Shown here piece after piece: positions 60,203 through 64,000 of a stretch of 64,000 nucleotides of DNA. Positions within the stretch are counted from its first letter, which is position 1; the number at the start of each line of letters is the position of its first letter. The stretch is from Mustelus asterias (Eukaryota). Location of the stretch: contig NC_135819.1 of the NCBI RefSeq assembly GCF_964213995.1, forward strand, positions 50,096,001-50,160,000, written 5' to 3'. Under the pieces are notes generated by a model. It was not told where the DNA came from and did not search any database. It was given only the letters and a program-made list of their open reading frames with translations. Made by a program: the position numbers and the translations under genes.

Positions 60203-61270
60203 GCATGATGAATGGAATAAACATGACAAGATAAAGGCAGTTAGGCTATTTTTATTGCCAAGTAAAACAGCCATTAACTCACAATAAGCACTTGCTATAT
60301 AAAATGAAAATTCGAAGAAACTTTTCTCATGCAAGCAGTTAGGATGTGGAATGCTTCACCACGAGTATGGATTGATGCTTATTTGATTGCAGCATTCAAA
60401 AGCTACTAGATAATAATTACTTTATGAAGAAAGGCACAAATGTTTATGAGGAGAAAGCAATAAATTAGATCCCTCTGAGTGCTTAGGTTTAGCAAAAGCA
60501 AAGAGAGTCACCCAAAGTTTCAGTTTGTATGTTCCAATGTTTGTGATCTGATTAGTAGAGTGGATGAAGGAGACTTCCTTCCCTCCCCGTCTCCCGCACT
60601 TCTGAATTCAACTTTTCAGCCAGACTGTTCGGGCAGATACCAGGAGGAGGCAGGAAAATCAGAGAAAAAGGAGCACTGAACACATATATTCTCAGGCAGG
60701 TTAGAGCAGTTGGTTTGTGAGGAAATTTGTATTGATAAAGGTTCAGTGAGTGTGAATAGAGGAGCCTTCGGCTGAGCAGATAATTGCAGAATTTGAAGGG
60801 AAATAGTGTTTATTTTCTTGAGCGCCAATTTGAAATTAGACAAGTGTAACAATTGAGGACATGCACCCTTGTGTTTAGTCATTGTCTCCATGATCGCAGC
60901 AGATCATGTTTCAGAATCATTATTGTGTAAGCTATTTTTGTGGATTACTCATAATCTATTATTACAGCTACCTGAGATAATCTTCATGTGAAAACAGAAG
61001 CAGACGATCTACAATTAAACTGCCATTGTTATGTCAAGGCAAAGTGGTTTCTGGGTGCACAGTGGGAAGAAAGTAGCAATAACAACTTGGATATCAGACT
61101 GCACCAAGTGTTGTGAGGTTCTTATTCATTACCTGCGACCATTAAAAACAACTAACTGCCCAAGCTGTTAGGGACCAGATCAGAGACTCCAAGGTATGTT
61201 ATGAAGTTGGCCCAGACACCAATTTTTACAATTTTGGCATTGGGGTGCACACAAGGCGTTTCGCTCCAGG

Positions 61271-62277
61271 TTTTAAGGGAGTGTACCTTTAAGAAAGGTT
61301 TTGTTTAAAAATCATGCAGTTTACAGCTTCAGTGATGTCACTGGAGGTGGAGCTAAGCTGTGGCAGTCAGGTGATCGGGGTTTTTTCCTTTGGGCTTTCA
61401 GTTTTGTTTTTGGGAGCAGTTTAGCAGCAAGCTAAGAAGCAGTCTCTTTCTCTCCCTGTTTTTTTCCCTCTTTGTTTGGTTCTGCCTTAAAGAAGCGGCA
61501 CGGTAGCACAGTGGTTAGCACTGCTGCTTCACAGCTCCAGGGTCCCGGGTTCGATTCCCGGCTCGGGTCACTGTCTGTGTGGAGTTTGCACATTCTCCTC
61601 GTGTCTGCGTGGGTTTCCTCCGGGTGCTCCGGTTTCCTCCCACAGTCCAAAGATGTGCGGGTTAGGTTGATTGGCCAGGTTAAAAATTGTCCCTTAGAAT
61701 CCTGGGATGTGTGGGTTAGAGGGATTGGCGGGTGAATGTGTGGGGGTGGGGCCTGGGTGGGATTGTGGTCGGTGCGGACTCGGTGGGCCGAGTGGCCTCC
61801 TTCTGCACTGTAGGGTTTCTATGAAGCTGTGTTTTGGGAAACAGATTTGACTACAACCTCTTTGAGTTTCTTCACAATGGATTTTATGATTTCTATGATT
61901 TTCAGCATTCAATCCAGGAGGCTGGATGCCTGTAATAAGTGGGCATTAACCTGTGCTGTACTGTGTTTATTTGGAGGGTTTTGTGTATTGGATGTTAGCT
62001 TTGGTTGGAACACATTGGAGATATTTTAAGAGTTATACATTATCGTGGTTGTTGTGTTTTTTGTTTGTAATTGTTAAAAATTCTTGCGAATTGTCTTACT
62101 ATACGTGTCAACCATATTCTTAATTAAACTTTGTTTTGATAAAAGCTCCTTGTGGGTCTGTTGAGTCAAACCTGAAGTGAAACCTCTCATGCTTATCCTC
62201 GCCAAATTCAACGTAAAACATTACAGGTCAGGCAAGCTTCATAGAACACCTTGAAATATCCAATCTGACTTGTAACA
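61271..62277 (+). mobile_element. Second solo LTR nested in the first, 4-bp TSD
   Basis: Starts ttttaagggagtgtacctttaaga (TG eroded), ends tgtaaca; TSD cagg at 61267-61270 and 62278-62281. Confidence 0.75.
61495..61823 (+). mobile_element. HE1/V-type SINE, young, nested in LTR
   Basis: CpG-rich intact head, V-core and tail. Confidence 0.92.
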
Positions 62278-63755
62278 CAGGTATGATTCAATTGACCCAC
62301 TCGGAAGCTTTTATCCAAACAAACTTCATTCCAGAACACAATTAGATTATAACAAAAGGATTAGCATAAGTTCTACCAATTAAAATACTTAAGCATGACA
62401 AAGCATAATTCTTAACAGCTATCTCTCTCTATTGTTCCAATTTAGCAGTATCCCCCATAGACATAAATCCCTTCTTTAGAACCAGTTAGTGTAAAAAGCA
62501 GATACGCTTATGTGGATACTAGCTTTCCAGCCTTTTAACAGCAGTGTCCGGAGAAGGATATATCCTAAAACAGCAGAACTTAAGAGAAGTAAACCTATGC
62601 CAGAACTCTACCGCTTCGCCCGCCACAGATTTGGAGCAGGCGAGGGACGGACAACGGAAATGTCCGTTGACCCCGGGCAGGAATTTCCGGTCTCACTCAA
62701 GCGAGGCCATAAAATCCCGCCCCTAGTCTCTGGCAGCTCCCTGCCTCCAGACTTCAAAGGCAGAAAGGGATACCTCTCTCTGCAGCTTCCAAAACAGCAA
62801 CATCTCAGAGAAAGATCCACTCCGAAACAGCAGTCTCAGAGAAAAAGACTTATTTTCTGGCAGATTCCAGTCCCGAACATCAGAGAGGAGAAAAGAGGTG
62901 CACTGTTCTCTAACAACTCAAAGCACCATCTAACTTGCTTCTTCTGTGTAAGCCCAGCTCCACTCAGTTATATGACCTTACCTGTCAATCAACCTAATCA
63001 AGTCCTACTCTACAAAACCCCAGGAAAACCAATAAAAATGGCAGAACAGCATTAGTCCAGATTACAACAAACATTCTAGCAATTAGAAGCAACTATGCTG
63101 CTGCAGTAACAATACAGCGCTGCTGGATAGAGACAAAGTGGCATCAGTAATTTTAAAAACTGCCAAAACAGAACCTGCACAAGAAAAGTGACAAATACAT
63201 TTCTTAAAGGCACAGTATTGTCACAAAGCAATGAAGCAATTCACATGCTCAAGAATTTATTTTGTGACAGATCTTACCTGGTTGGATTCATAGCAATCAG
63301 TATAGCTCCAGTCCAGTTGCTGCATGTTATAGAGCCCTGTGGCTGTACATTGGTCTAATACCATTAACTACTGTATCTATGCAGACCATATCTGTTAGCA
63401 TCATGGTTAGAGTGTCTCATGCTATTCAATAATCAGTAAGATCCTCTTCAAGGAACAAAACCCAGCTTTAAAAGTAACTACTGCAACACCAAGATTAACA
63501 GAGTAAAAGACCACAGTTGAAGCACCAGAGAACAGAATAAGAGTATATGGTGGCAGCACAGTGGCTAGAACTGCTGCCTCACAGCGCTAAGGGCCCGGAT
63601 TCAATTCCAACCTTGGGGGGCACACACACACACCAGTAATCCTGGTAAATGCAAATGTCAGCAATATTTGAGACCAGTTCAGAGAGAGGGTTAAAACCAT
63701 GTTTTACAATTGCTGGAATGTCAACAAGTTTGCTCAGCCAATTTAGCCTGTACAT

Positions 63756-64000
63756 GGCAGCACGGTGGCACAGTGATTAGCACTGCTCCCTCACAACGCT
63801 ATGGGCCCGGGTTCAATTCCAGCCTTGAGTGACTGTATGTGTGGAGTCTGCACATTCTCCCTGTGCCTGCGTGGGTTTCTTCTGGGTCCTCCGATTGCCT
63901 CCCACACTCCAAAGATGTGCAGATTAGGTTGATTGGCCATGATAAATTGCCCATTAGTGCCAGGGGGATTAGCAGGGTAAATATGTGGGGTATGGGGATA
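63756..64000 (+). mobile_element. HE1/V-type SINE (runs off the window end)
   Basis: Head and V-core; a head-only fragment also lies at 63549-63617. Confidence 0.88.

Larger units (their letters stand above)
61166..63225 (-). mobile_element. Solo LTR (Gypsy-like) with 4-bp TSD, containing nested elements
   Basis: TGT...ACA termini; TSD aagc at 61162-61165 and 63226-63229. Confidence 0.8.

Noticed and set aside
62510-63055. 181-aa ORF
   Set aside because: Runs through LTR and MITE sequence; no protein motif

Overview
Repeat-dense eukaryotic DNA. The repeat repertoire (HE1/V-type tRNA SINEs, CR1/HER1-type LINEs, a SacSINE1-like Deu SINE, Rex1/Babar LINEs) points to a cartilaginous fish, probably a shark; this is an inference. 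I found no convincing host protein-coding exon, so the window reads as a large intron or gene desert. All long ORFs belong to retroelements: a near-full-length CR1 (ORF1 esterase, APE endonuclease, RT) at 15120-18863 and an uninterrupted 655-aa CR1 RT ORF at 41597-43564. Decayed remnants include Rex1/Babar, RTE, L2, an RNase H-bearing LINE, Gypsy gag, nested solo LTRs with 4-bp TSDs, and a Harbinger transposase with many related MITE-like elements. The main points of interest are: (1) a full-length, heavily remodelled U2-snRNA-derived element with an A-rich tail (6749-6969, minus); (2) short Penelope-derived palindromic insertions, one with a minimal hammerhead ribozyme motif on both strands and two with 12-14 bp TSDs; (3) a LINE whose 5' end is a tRNA-like Pol III head, plus a SINE family that looks like its internal-deletion derivative; (4) one V-SINE head and core joined to two different LINE tails; (5) a 28S rRNA domain-V pseudofragment. 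Several repeat-free AT-rich islands look like candidate conserved non-coding elements. An assembly gap spans 25033-25321. Family assignments were made by eye and boundaries are approximate.
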